A stretch of DNA of 62,947 bases, filler included, from Squatina squatina (taxonomy: Eukaryota), in the NCBI GenBank assembly GCA_031763465.1. It is 4 parts of 4 records of this genome, joined end to end, with 100 filler letters (N's around TTAATTAATTAA, not from the genome) between each part and the next. Parts side by side here need not be neighbours in the genome. Positions count along the whole stretch, not along the records: positions 1 to 15,319 come from JARFOE010000073.1; positions 15,420 to 28,977 come from JARFOE010000176.1; 2 more parts are not named here. The stretch is one strand, 5' to 3'. Shown piece after piece: positions 12,525 through 25,257 of the stretch. The notes under the pieces were generated by a model. That model was not told the origin of the DNA. It worked only from the letters and a program-made list of their open reading frames with translations, and did not search any database. The translations under genes were made by a program, and so were the position numbers. Position 1 is the stretch's first letter. The number at the start of each line of letters is the position of its first letter.

Positions 12525-13032
12525 CTACAATAAATCGATCCCAATTAAACACTGTCCATGACATTTGACACCACTAAGGATACAGCGGCTGGGATTTAGA
12601 ATCATAGAACGGTACAGCACAGGAGGAGGCCATTCGGCCCATCGTGCCTGTGCTGGCTCTGAACGAGCTCTCCAATTAGTCCCACTCCCCCTGCTCTTTC
12701 TGCATTCCTAGCATAAGTTTCTGCAGCCAAAACATTGAGACCTTATTAAAACACACTGATGCTGTAATTGTACAACTTTCTTTGAATTCTTTGATGCTTT
12801 GTGCATTAACTGATCAATCCCTTCATCCTGTACAGAGAAGTGAGCTTACAAAAAGTCTAAGACTACACCGTTATGCAATTAATTTCGAAGTGTTGTGTGT
12901 GATCATTCAAGCTCAACTGATCAAGGCACAACTGAACTGAAAAAAAGTGAAAATACTGATGCGCTGTCAAACCGACGTGACAATATAGATTAATGGATAT
13001 ATGTGGAGGGTCTCCTACCCGTGATTAATGGA

Positions 13033-13251
13033 CTAAACGTGGCTGCCTCCAAGTCCCCCAGTATCCAGGCCGTCAGTAGACTGAGATGAGGATGGGCGGG
13101 AGTGAGATCGCCCATTTATCCCCAACGGTGTTCCCAGGTGATGACTAAGCTGCGACACTGTCTCATCAGACTCCCAGCGTTCCAGCTCCTCGCGCACCAA
13201 ACGCTCCATTTGCTCCCGGTGGATGTCGTTGTCGCGACCCAGTCGCTCATC
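13033..13251 (-). CDS. PKD2: Polycystin-2 terminal coding exon
   Basis: [72 protein letters not shown] matches the PKD2 C-terminus. Acceptor gtcccgcag|, stop TAG at 13033-13035. Confidence 0.93.
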   Translation of the reverse strand, partial: DERLGRDNDIHREQMERLVREELERWESDETVSQLSHHLGTPLGINGRSHSRPSSSQSTDGLDTGGLGGSHV

Positions 13252-15319
13252 CTGCGGGACAAGCAAAAGTGGAAGGCANNNNNNNNNNNNNNNNNNNNNN
13301 NNNNNNNNNNNNNNNNNNNNNNNNNNNNNNNNNNNNNNNNNNNNNNNNNNNNNNNNNNNNNNNNNNNNNNNNNNNNNNGTGATTCGCGTTTGTGTTTTTC
13401 AAGTTAGTTTTTCTGTCATTCCAAAGTTTGCTTCTGGTCCTGGATCTGTCCTGCAGCAGTCCTGCTGACAGTACTATGATTTTTAAGTTACTTTTTTGGT
13501 CTTTTTTTTGTGGCGCCTGTGAAGATTTATCTCTGGGGCTTTCAAAGTCTTTGCTTGAAAGAAGTACTTTTTACCCCTTGGTTTGAATTGTGCATTTCAC
13601 TCGGTAATACAGTAACAGCAGCATGTGAAAACTTGCCAGCAATCGCATAGTTTAGAGGACTGAGTTATGAGATCAACATTCAGAAGGAAATTGAACCCAA
13701 AGCCTTTCTGAATGCATTGTTTGTATTGCTATTATATGTGGGCTGCATGTGTGTAACTGTGACCGAATTAATGAACTTCAGGAGAAGACCTCAGAAGTAG
13801 CTCAGTGCGTTAGCTGGTGACTGAGTCATGTTGGCATTCAAAGAATGCCATGGGTCTTTGCCATTTTAAACTTGATTTTTTTTATGCGGGCACATTTCGC
13901 TCATTATAAATTAATACAAAAAAACCTTGTCTACCTGCAGGTGCTCATCTACCTAGTTTGGTTCAACTGAAGCTGAACAGCAGTTTTATTGCATCAGTAA
14001 GGTAGGTTGCCAACTTGTCCATGAAGCAATGAAGATCCATGTTTATCTTGTCTGCACTTCTGAATGAACGAGAATAAGTTGCAGGCCTTAATTACACTAA
14101 TTCCTGTACTGACATTTTTTCTCTCCTGCCAGTTGAGTTCCAGTTTGTTTGACTTGCACTAGCAAAGCATCCTTATTTACTATAAAGCTCATTGTATAGT
14201 TCTCGCCTCTAATTTGCATATTTTACACATTCTCGTCATTCTATGCAGATTTGCAAGATCGCAAGCTGGGGTCAGGCGAAAAGTGGTTTGGGACTTTTTT
14301 TTCCCACATTAAAGGCATGGTCTAAATGCAAGTAGTTGCACCTATGAAAAATACAAGCAGTCATGTTTTTACAAGTACAAGCAAATTAATTTCAATGGCA
14401 AAATTACACTGAATTAATCTATTCATACAAAATATGAGCAGAAAGATTTTCAGAAACAATAACCAACTATGCTTTTATAATATAAAAAGGGAAACATTTG
14501 TTTTATTTTTGCCATTAGAATTATATAGTTGTTGATGATCATGTTTAGATCCCACACAGATCTTGTGCCAAAGTTAACTGTTTCTTTCTTTGAGACTGGT
14601 ACATAAATCAATCAATTCTAGTTATGAAGTGGTTACATGCACAAATTACGCTCTATATCAGAGCTCAAATGAGTACAAATTCTGTGTGAAAGCAATTTAT
14701 TAATTCTTCATATAAAGTTTGTAAGAAAGACTTTATATGAAGAATTATGGGGGCACATTACTGGCTCCCGAGTAATTGCGCGGGATTTAGCGGAGGTGCT
14801 GCCACCCATTCGTGCGTCGACCCCATTCTGTCAATCGGCGGAACTTAGCCAGTGCCCCGCGAGCCAACCACAAGTGACGGCAGCGCCAGCCTCACGGGTT
14901 GCAAACCGGGCTGACATCTGAGTAGGACGCAACTTACAGTGGAGGTCACGAGTGCCCCTTGCTGCGATCTTGGTGGTTTTGCCAACTCACCGGTCACTCT
15001 CATTTCTTGTCCCCTTGTGAAGTGTGAGCCGCCGTCATGCAGCCCGGAACTTCGTTTTGGGTGCTGAACCACGCTACCCTGGTGGAGGCTGTGCAGAGTG
15101 CACAGTGGCAGTCCTCCCCTTAAGCAAAGGGGAGGGGGCTGTTGAAACACATCTGCAGTTAGACCCACCCCAAGAGGAAGTGGAGGGCGTAAGATTGCAC
15201 TCTATTTCCTGAAGGGTGGTACGGCCAATTCCACAGCCAGGGTGGGACTTCTGTGCTGGGTGCAGGAAGTACTGCCCCATTCGGGGCACAGGGCAATTTC
15301 TCTCTTTTTTTTTTTTGGG

Positions 15320-15419
15320 NNNNNNNNNNNNNNNNNNNNNNNNNNNNNNNNNNNNNNNNNNNNTTAATTAATTAANNNNNNNNNNNNNNNNNNNNNNNNN
15401 NNNNNNNNNNNNNNNNNNN
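15320..15419. other. Artificial scaffold linker (N44-TTAATTAATTAA-N44)
   Basis: Six-frame stop spacer centred in 100 nt. Identical at 28978-29077 and 44602-44701. Confidence 0.98.
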
Positions 15420-18400
15420 GAGATTGAAGCCTGAGGATTTTGTTGAGCGCATTGCAAAGAGAGTAGATTGCGGCTATTTACAAACAGATGGAAAACTGTT
15501 ATAAAATGTGATGCCAACAGTAGCATGGCAGTTTAATATGTTTAATTTATGAGCAGTAGCACTGCAGCATGACTCTCATTAAAGTAAGCATGTTTTCCTT
15601 CTAATAAAAATGCTCTTAATCAGATCCAGACACCATTCCAAATTTCACAGTATTCATTACCTTAAAACAGTAACTTATTAAGAGCTGTAATGACAATTTC
15701 CTCATTTGGTGGAGTAATTGCAATTAATCCTATGATCTGGTCCTGACAGACGATGCCGAACCTTGTATCAAATGCTCTTTAAATCAAATTTTCAATCATT
15801 ATAAATCTGGTGCGAAAAGACGTTCTCTTGGATTCGATAGGACCCAAGGGGTTTGCTTTGTGGTTTCATTGCAACTGACATGTGTTTAATGAACAGAAGC
15901 AACATGAAGTGCTTCAAATGACCCTTTCATCTGTTGCTGTCCAAAGTCAGTGAAGATCATTTGTCATTGATTGAGATCTCAACAGAGGCATACAAGTGCC
16001 AAAGCGCAAGGATGTCAGTGCTGGGGCATGAACCACCTTTCCACTTTTGGCACTCAGTATCAAAATTAAGCATACCTTAGTGAAGATAACATGTCAAGTG
16101 CCGAGTATATCCCAACTAAGTACCTCACCGCAACTTAAGAACACCCAGCTACTGTACCGGTGAGAATTTCTCTACTACCTATACCAACCATCATTTGTCT
16201 GGGCAGATCACCAATTTGGACAGCATGTGATTGTTTAAACAGATTTATAGATGCTGCAGCCCAACCAGCTTTCTAAGACACTATCAATATTTTATGCAAA
16301 ATAAGATATTTATGAAAAAATAATTGGTCACCAAATTGCAGAAAACATATTACCCAACCGCTATAAAATAATGAAAGTCATTGAAACATAACCATATTGT
16401 TGAGTTAATTGATACACAAGTCAGCTTTTACCTAAATTGATGCAAGGTGAAAGATCCTAAATGTATTTGAATATTTGAAGCAATGCCAAATTTGATTAGC
16501 AACAATTTAGCATAATCACATTTATACACACCCCACTGTAGCATTTATGAATACTATAGTTAACAAACCACTCCCAATTGTTACATCATCCCAAATGTAA
16601 AAACGTAGATTAAACTGTCGTGCTTGAGAACACTGGAAACAATGATCATTCTTACTATTTCTATTCAAGCCTTCAGTCGTTAGATATATTATACNNNNNN
16701 NNNNNNNNNNNNNNNNNNNNNNNNNNNNNNNNNNNNNNNNNNNNNNNNNNNNNNNNNNNNNNNNNNNNNNNNNNNNNNNNNNNNNNNNNNNNNNTTAGTA
16801 ACTTCAATCAGGCATGTTTCAAGCCTCACATTCTGGTCATTCCAACATGCTGTCTAACACAAAACTGGATTTAGCAACTAAGATCTTAAAGCCACTACTG
16901 CCTGAAATGTGGGCATAGTTAAACTTAAAAACTGCATTATTTTTCTTGCAATGTTCTTTACTGACAGGTGAACCATGTATATTGAGCTTTATTCAATAAA
17001 TATATTGTTCAAATATCAGTAAAACACCTATAAAAACAAAATGTTATTAGGCCCTAGAAGCAAAACTGACTTTAAGCAAAACATGAGAGCAAAGAACTCC
17101 AGTGTGTTTTCTCAGTACACTTAATCCTCTATGTTGTACAGATGGCAGACATCCACTCCAGCTTAACAAACAGAACCTTCATTCTAACAGAGGCTTTTGT
17201 ACACTTCCTCCAAGTGCAGCTGCATACTTCTTTTGAAGCTCCTGGGCATTTGAGAATGTACTGCACATTCTCCATGGGTTTAGGATGTCACCCAAGCATG
17301 CCAATAGTACCATGCAGCAATCCACATCAAATCACTGCACCATAAACACTCACAGTAACTCCAAAAATCCAAAACTCAGAGAGTAACTACCAGCATGGGA
17401 TATATTTAAATTTCATATTGATTTTTACACATATTTATTGGTATCTCATGTTACCTATAATTGCTTTTTGTAGCACACATAATTAACTGTTGCTTTATAG
17501 GATAAATCTGCAATAACAACTAAGCAGAACTTGTTGATTTTTTTTTCTCTTTCAAGGCGCAGGCATACAGAAGCAACGGAGTATTTGTTTTAGTACAGAG
17601 TAAAATCATAATAAACTCATTAGGCGTTTTGAAGATTAATTGATCAAATTTAACATGTGCATTATGCTGTATAAGTAGATTTAAAGAACATGACTGTGGT
17701 ATAGAGATTAACAGAATTTGTAGTCTCAACCATTTAAGCATAATGTACTAACGTGATCACCCTATTTTTAGAATGACCATACAAATTGAGTGTTTATATT
17801 CATGATGAAGATGTTTTGTTTTTTAGTTCACATTTGATGCAAAACTTCTTTGTACGTTTTTCAAAATACAGTTATTTATAATCTGCAACTTCTTCNNNNN
17901 NNNNNNNNNNNNNNNNNNNNNNNNNNNNNNNNNNNNNNNNNNNNNNNNNNNNNNNNNNNNNNNNNNNNNNNNNNNNNNNNNNNNNNNNNNNNNNNGACAT
18001 TTTCTCCCCGTCTTGGACGGTTTACTGGTTTCTGTCTTTTTACAGTTTTCCACCTTTAACACAAGTTCAGTTGCATTCACTTACAAGATTGGCTTGGATG
18101 AAGAAGTCCTATTGGCCTATTTGACCTCATCCTTCTAGTACACCATCTCTACTATTTTCCTACCATAGCACTGACATTTTTTAAAAAAGTTTTCTAATAC
18201 AGTAAATGCCCAACCAAATGTATTGTTTGAAAACCATTGAAAGACTACATACAATGTTCTAATCATAGGGAGTTAATATCCCAGGAATTGAAGCATGGCT
18301 TTCAAAGTCAAAATAGCAGATACTCTTACTCAAACTTCTAAGCATAGTGAAACCATTCTATAACATTATTGAACATTTTCAAATGCATGAAGGAGCTTGA

Positions 18401-21400
18401 AAAAAAAAGATTTGCCTTATCAATGTACTTAAGGTGTACGCCTTAATGTAGATGAAGTTGCTTTGTAAGTTACCCATATGGAATCGAACTTGAGTAAAAG
18501 TAAGAACTATAAAAATAAAACTTAATAACCAAGAGATAAGAACACAGTAAAGAACATTTATTTTAATACTCCATTCCCTCACACAATTTGATGTTTGGAT
18601 TTTCTCATCCATTGCCAAGTGGGCAGGCAGACAAGTGACTGGTTCCCAGCTTTTTCTTTGACCAGCAGAAGCTTGGTGCACAGACACAGATGGGCAATGG
18701 AGTCCAGTGGTGACATTCATACTGACGGATTCATTGTGACACTTCAAGGTAGAATTACATGTGACAATATTAATCATACAAATACTTAATGTATTCACAC
18801 AAAATTCCTTTCTCCACTGTTTTACTGGAGGCATTAACCCATTTAAAATAAACATCACTGATGGTAATTTTAACCCATGTAAGTTTATTGTGAACTTATA
18901 ATTTGCTGTAATTAGTGGGAAATGAGGTGGTCAGTGTATGAAAGTAAAAGTAGATCTATGTTACTTGTGGTTTTTTGGAAACTTCTCAGGAATAACAAAA
19001 TAAAGCTATAAGGGACACAATCAATACATTTTGTGAGTAGTTCAGTGTACTATGGAGAATATTGAAAGGAAGACATGGGCAGAGCTTTACCCCAGGTTTA
19101 AGGATAGTTTAATGGACCTTCATACAGGCCACAAATTTAAATTTAAATTGAAATTTGATGCAGCACACACCTCATAGCTTTATTATGAGCCATTTGGCAA
19201 GTCAATGTGACTGGCAACAAGGGTTCAAAGATTTCATCTAGAAGATTTAGCACACACGAGGAGGCTGATTTTAACTTGAGACGCTGGCCATCTACCTGTT
19301 GTTACCGCTGTGAAGCCCAAGTCATTTTGAGATCCTGGACTGGCTTACTTGAGTTGTTGCCACTAAATCATCAATCTGAGGCAGCTCGGCAGTTGTGGGG
19401 TATGTGAAATCGGCTGGCTCCTAAGCGGAACTGGCTGAGAGTTGGAACCTGGAGCGGAAAGGAGGGAGGTGAGCCTAAAGTAGGCCTCGCACAGACTGAC
19501 AGTGGGCTGTAGTTTTTTTGTGGCCTCTAGAGGAGCACTCCTGGCCTTACAAAACTAAAAGTTAGAAGGAAACTTTGGCTGTTTTCCGAGAGGCTTCCAG
19601 TGGTTCTTTCAAGGACTGCTCAACAGAGGTATGAATGGGTGTAGCGAGAACATGGCTGTAGTGAGACCAACATGATGAAAATAAACTTACTGCCAACCTA
19701 CTGCCCAAGGTCTGCTCACTGCCATTTCCAAGCGGACATTGCTTTAGGTGGCTAATGCTCCTGTCGGAAACAGGTGGGGAGCTTTATTATTCAATGCGAA
19801 TTGAGATTCTATGATGTCATAAGGACCCTGATGCCATTTTGATGCAGTTAAGCATGATGCCTGTTGATTGCTGAAGTTACCCACTGCACAGAACGGTAAA
19901 AGGTCAGGCGAGCTTCCCTTAAAGGGATCTCTGAGTGCAGCTCTTGGAACAATAACAAATAATTTATTGGACGTTCTTTGGGCAGCAGGATGAACATAAT
20001 TGTGGTCCTGTGCCTCGCTGCTAATCTTCCCCTTTCAATAATGCTCTCCATCCCCCGTCTCTCCATCCCCCGTCTCCCCATCCCATCGGCTCTGCTCTCC
20101 CGTTTAATCCCTTGCTGGAGACACGTACCCTCTGGATGGCCTGCCGGAATTCCTGTCCCCTGCCCTCCAAATAGCAAGCTGCTGATCAGTGCCCAGAACA
20201 CCAATGAGGCCTAGCCATCAAAATGGTCATTCCCAATTCACTCTATCAAAAGTCTTCATAACTTTAAGCATTGCTATTAGATCTCATCTTAGTCATCTCT
20301 GCTCCAGTGAAGTAATTACAGTATCTAAAGTATCTCCTCATAACTATATTTTCCCTGAAAGTAGATGAAGCTATAAAAAGGCCAATTTAATTTAGGGCTC
20401 ACTAGATTGATTCTGGGGCTGAGAGGGTTGTCCAGTGAGGAGAGATTGAGTAGGTTGGGCCTATAATCTTTGGAATTTAGAAGAATGAGAGGTGATCTCA
20501 TTGAAACATATAAGATTCGAAGAGGNNNNNNNNNNNNNNNNNNNNNNNNNNNNNNNNNNNNNNNNNNNNNNNNNNNNNNNNNNNNNNNNNNNNNNNNNNN
20601 NNNNNNNNNNNNNNNNNNNNNNNNNAGCTGTGTATTTAATTTCAGACAGCATCACTTTGCTTTGTTATGTGTCATGCCCTTTGAAGTTTGTGGAACAACA
20701 CCTCAATCAGAAATAAAAATGCTGGAAATACTCAGCAGTTCAGACAGTACCTGTGGAGAGAGAACCAGGGCTAACGTTTCAGGTCGATGCCCTTTCGCCA
20801 GCTCAGTGAGTCTAGTTTTATGTGGAATGCCATAATGAACAGAGATACATGGAAGAGATACTTATAAAGTCTGGCATACATTTGATAATGCCAATGGTGA
20901 TTGATTGATAAATTCTTGTCAAATTTGAGGTTCTTTTAGACACTAAAGAATTTAATTTCAGGCTTCATCCATCCATTCAATATTGTGACATTCTGGAATG
21001 AGGTGACATTCAGAGATTAGTTATCACCTTTCAAAAAATTGACAGTTGAATAATCAGTGTGTCCACTCAGTCCCAGAATTCAAAGATTATTGCTACCATT
21101 TACATGGAGTCAATGAAAGTCTCACTAAGAATAAATGAACTGTGACAGGTAACTTTACATTCATACAGCTCAGCTTACATATTGGCGGCACTCAGCTTCA
21201 GCCACATCTGTTAACTGGGGCAGTCTCTGGTTATTTTTTATTACCAAGATATATGAAGCTGACAGCACTGAATATGAGTGAACTTTTACCGACTGTGCAT
21301 AGAGCTTCATACTAGTGAACTGTCAACTTCTACCCACTATATAGTTCCAAGTGTATAAATCAAAATCTGTGGAGTCAACACGGAATAGCAAAAACAATCA

Positions 21401-24024
21401 CTTTTGCCTCTGGTCTTCTTCTTAGGCAGTCCCTCGAGGTCGAGGATGACTTGCTTCCACTCTGGAGTTGAAGGTTCTGAGGTGACTAAATAGTCCTATA
21501 CTAGATCTGTAAACCCTACCACANNNNNNNNNNNNNNNNNNNNNNNNNNNNNNNNNNNNNNNNNNNNNNNNNNNNNNNNNNNNNNNNNNNNNNNNNNNNN
21601 NNNNNNNNNNNNNNNNNNNNNNNTCCTCTCCAGATCAGTCAGTGGGGTGGCCTCACCTTCCTGTCCTTGTCGTTCCCCTCTTCTGGGACGTCTCAAGGCT
21701 ATGAGTTTTCTCTGTCAAAATAATGAGCAGCATAAAGTCATCCCAGCTCTCTATTATCAGAAAATACAACCCTCCAAGATAATAGTTCAGTTTCAGTTCT
21801 GGGTAAGAAATGTACCAGCAAACTTACAGTTTTTCCATTAGGTCATACAGGAAATGAATCCACGTTGTTACCTATGTCAAACATTTCCTTTAATATTTAC
21901 AAACTGTCCATTAGCTAGTTTCCACTGTACCAATATTTTAAATATAAATATTATTCTATTCCAAATATAATAGTCAACCTGATTATTGGCCAGCTGTGAG
22001 CTCTATTAGTTACCAGTGTCATTCCTATTTTAACCCAGTTTCATCTTTAGACAAATTCCAGTTAATTATTATATTTGATATGCACAAACAAGGAAATATA
22101 TTCCGGAAAAATTCGCAAAGAGACTCTTTTGTACTTGGATGCGCTTGTGGTTTCAGTAACACATGGCTGCTTTTATCCCCTTTCCATTCTTTAGTGAAAA
22201 CTAAGAGCTGAGCTTGAGGCGTGTTTGCTTAGTTTGCTGCATGCTTGACTGAACAGCACCTAGCAACAGACTAACACAGGACATTATCTTCAGATTTAAT
22301 GCTTACTTACACATACATAAAAACCGGTTGACTGATAGCTGATTGGAGAGAAATAGCAACAGCAAACAGGAGGCTGTCAGACTTTTTGTTGTAGTTATTA
22401 ATGGAGATGAAGACACATTGTGCTCTCATTCTTCGGTGTTTTAGTAGCCAGTTTCATGCTGCTCACAATTTTTCCTTTTCTTTTATAATTATATAAACAA
22501 TGAGTATTTTATGAACTGAAGTATGGAAACATTAATGATTANNNNNNNNNNNNNNNNNNNNNNNNNNNNNNNNNNNNNNNNNNNNNNNNNNNNNNNNNNN
22601 NNNNNNNNNNNNNNNNNNNNNNNNNNNNNNNNNNNNNNNNNGCAAAATTCATTATAAGCCAGAAGATGAAATAGGCTTTTTTCTTAATCAAGCTTCACCA
22701 TGCAGAACATGGAAGATCAAAAAAATGGTTCAGGTAGGAAAAATGAATGCTAAGAAGTATTTGCGTTCATGTAGTGTATAGTGCGCTGTTTCACTGAAGC
22801 TCCATTACACTCTGCTTAGTCACACTGGCGGTTAATTGAAATTTTTTTAATGCAAAAAGTGGCTTCCAATTAAGTGGAGTAGATTGAATTCCTTTACTTT
22901 AGCAAAGATAAGGTAGGAAACATTATATTAACCTTCAGCAGACCATTGTTAATTCATTGATTCCTTAACTGGAATAGCTGGACATCCACATGGAATGAAA
23001 CCGTTTCTTTGTCATTAAGTTAGTGAACGATNNNNNNNNNNTGAGAGCCTAGAATTTCTGCTTGCACAGGATTAGAAGCTCCTGCTGAGCAGGACATTTG
23101 TGACACCAGAGAAACCCCCGTGACCGCAGCCCATCTCTCCTTCACTCCTTTCTCTCAATGGAAGGGCCAATGGACACGTCCTGGCACAAGAGAGCTGAGG
23201 CCGAACAGAATAATTGGCCACAGTTATTTAGTGATGTGTGAGTCAAAATAGAATGTGACCAGGGAATCAGAATTTAGCAGGCCTTTCTTATCAACATTTC
23301 TTTAGAACCAAATTAAAATATCAAGCAGTTAGGGCTGTAGTTATTCATTTTTCAGTGGTTTGTTCTAGATTTCAGTGGATTACAATTTATCATTCAGTAA
23401 AGCTTCTGGAAAAGTACAATTGCTGTTGACTAAACAGTGAATACACATTCAACATACTGCTCCTGACGAAAGCTGTGATATGCCAAGAAACTGGCATGAA
23501 TCTATGCATAACACAGCCCCCACATCTGAAATGTGTCCTCTAACTATATGCAGATGGTGAAGGAATTTGAAAGGTTTATTGTTAAATGTTCACACATGTA
23601 AAAGAAAAACAAAAAAATCCACAGCTGTCCAAATAAAAATAACTGTTCTTATTGATCAGAGTTCTCACGCACCAGAATGTGATAAAATATTTAATATGTG
23701 TGTAGAGTAATTGAATTTAGCCCAAAGCTAATTTGCAGCTTGGCACTAAATGTGGATCTTTGTACTCATGTATGTTTAATGATCCAAAAAGTAATTTTAT
23801 TTTCTACTTATTTTTAAATGTTCTTTTTCTTACACGATTTGGTTCCTCTTGCATTGGACAGCATTCCAATGGTGAAGGCTGGCAGGAACTTGCTCCTTGG
23901 TTTCTTCGCTAAAGCTTTATTCATNNNNNNNNNNNNNNNNNNNNNNNNNNNNNNNNNNNNNNNNNNNNNNNNNNNNNNNNNNNNNNNNNNNNNNNNNNNN
24001 NNNNNNNNNNNNNNNNNNNNNNNN

Positions 24025-24420
24025 ATATGCAGTTGGTGTGCAACCACAGACCGCACATTATGCAGGTAAATGTTAATTATCCTGGCCGTAGTCACAATTC
24101 TTTCATTCTGCAGCAGTCCTCTGTTCCACCTGTATTTGTACCACGGCAAGCTGGCTACTGGGTGAGAAGGGTTATCCACTCATTAAATGGCATATGACTC
24201 CAGTCCAAAATCCATGCACAAGTGCACAGCAGGCTTAAGATGAGAGCTATGCTGCCACAAGGAACATTACAGAATAGACCACCAGCGTTCTTCAGCAATG
24301 CTTCCATTGCCTGGACCGCTCTGGAGGAGCACTGCAGTATTCAACTGAGTGGGTATCAAGATTTGTGATAGCCTGCTGCATGCTACAACCTGGCCATAAT
24401 GAGAACTTGCCACCACCTAT
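24025..24420 (+). pseudogene. Degenerate PIF/Harbinger (HARBI1-like) DDE transposase fragment
   Basis: MQLVCNHRPHIMQVNVNYPGRSHNSFILQQS / frameshift / WLLGEKGYPLIKWHMTPVQNP ... QCFHCLDRSGGALQYS ... VIACCML. These match the Harbinger motifs PGSxHD, LLGDxGYPL and RFRCL, but with stops and D-to-N/E changes. Confidence 0.88.
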
Positions 24421-24974
24421 CAGGCAAGAATCTGAGGAGCAGGAGTGCGAGGAAGAGGAGGACAAGGAGGAGAAGGAAGTAGAGGAGGAAGTGCAACAGG
24501 AAGTGGAGGAACAAGAATAGGAAGGGAGGCTACAACGTAGACAGCCCCTTTTTGCCTGGGTTCTACATGATCAAATAATTCATGAGCAATACCAGTAACC
24601 TCAACCACACCTCCCCATTCACCAATAGTCCCACACTCCTTACCTTTCCTCTATCACTGACCATCATATCACCCTCTTTCCAACAACACAAAATTAAAAA
24701 CCACCAGAAAATACACAATCTAATCCAATATAATTATTATATATACTCATTATAAAATGCATAAAAATTAAACTAATAACCTTTGTGCATTCGCTTAGTG
24801 CCTGTCTACCATATGCCTTTGCCTGTAGCTTCCCCAGTGGCTGCAGCATGGCTGGTGGAAGGCTGCTGACATTNNNNNNNNNNNNNNNNNNNNNNNNNNN
24901 NNNNNNNNNNNNNNNNNNNNNNNNNNNNNNNNNNNNNNNNNNNNNNNNNNNNNNNNNNNNNNNNNNNNNNNNNC

Positions 24975-25257
24975 CTGAAAAACCGGGTGCGACACCGCTA
25001 TTTTTTGAGGCTTGTAGTGCTAGCAAATTGTTTGTGGGGCGGCTATTTTGGGCGCTGCGCCTCTTGATGACGTCATGGAGGCCATCCAACGCCCGACGCC
25101 AAATTTCCAGCACTCTTGTCACAGCACCCATTTGGCACCATTGCTGCTCCAATGCGAATTCTGCATTGGAGCCCCTTAGCACTAGAAACGGGCGTTACAT
25201 CCCTAACGACCATTTAATGCTCATTCTGCGCCTGCGCTGAAGAACCAATTGGGTGCC
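24975..25257 (+). mobile_element. Second copy of the GC-rich non-autonomous DNA transposon end
   Basis: Colinear similarity with 8128-8393, including TGACGTCA and the terminal ccaattgggtgcc. Confidence 0.6.

Noticed and set aside
15364-15375. TTAATTAATTAA palindrome as a biological site (also 29022-29033 and 44646-44657)
   Set aside because: It is centred in identical N padding, so it is a synthetic six-frame stop linker.
21413-21523. tcttcttcttaggcagtccctcgaggtcgaggatgacttgcttcc as a structured RNA
   Set aside because: It looks like the reverse 3' end of a retroposon with an (AAG)n tail, cut by a gap. There is too little sequence to classify.
22699-22740. Possible first coding micro-exon MQNMEDQKNGS with donor GTAGGA
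   Set aside because: Too short, with no recognisable homology. It could arise by chance.
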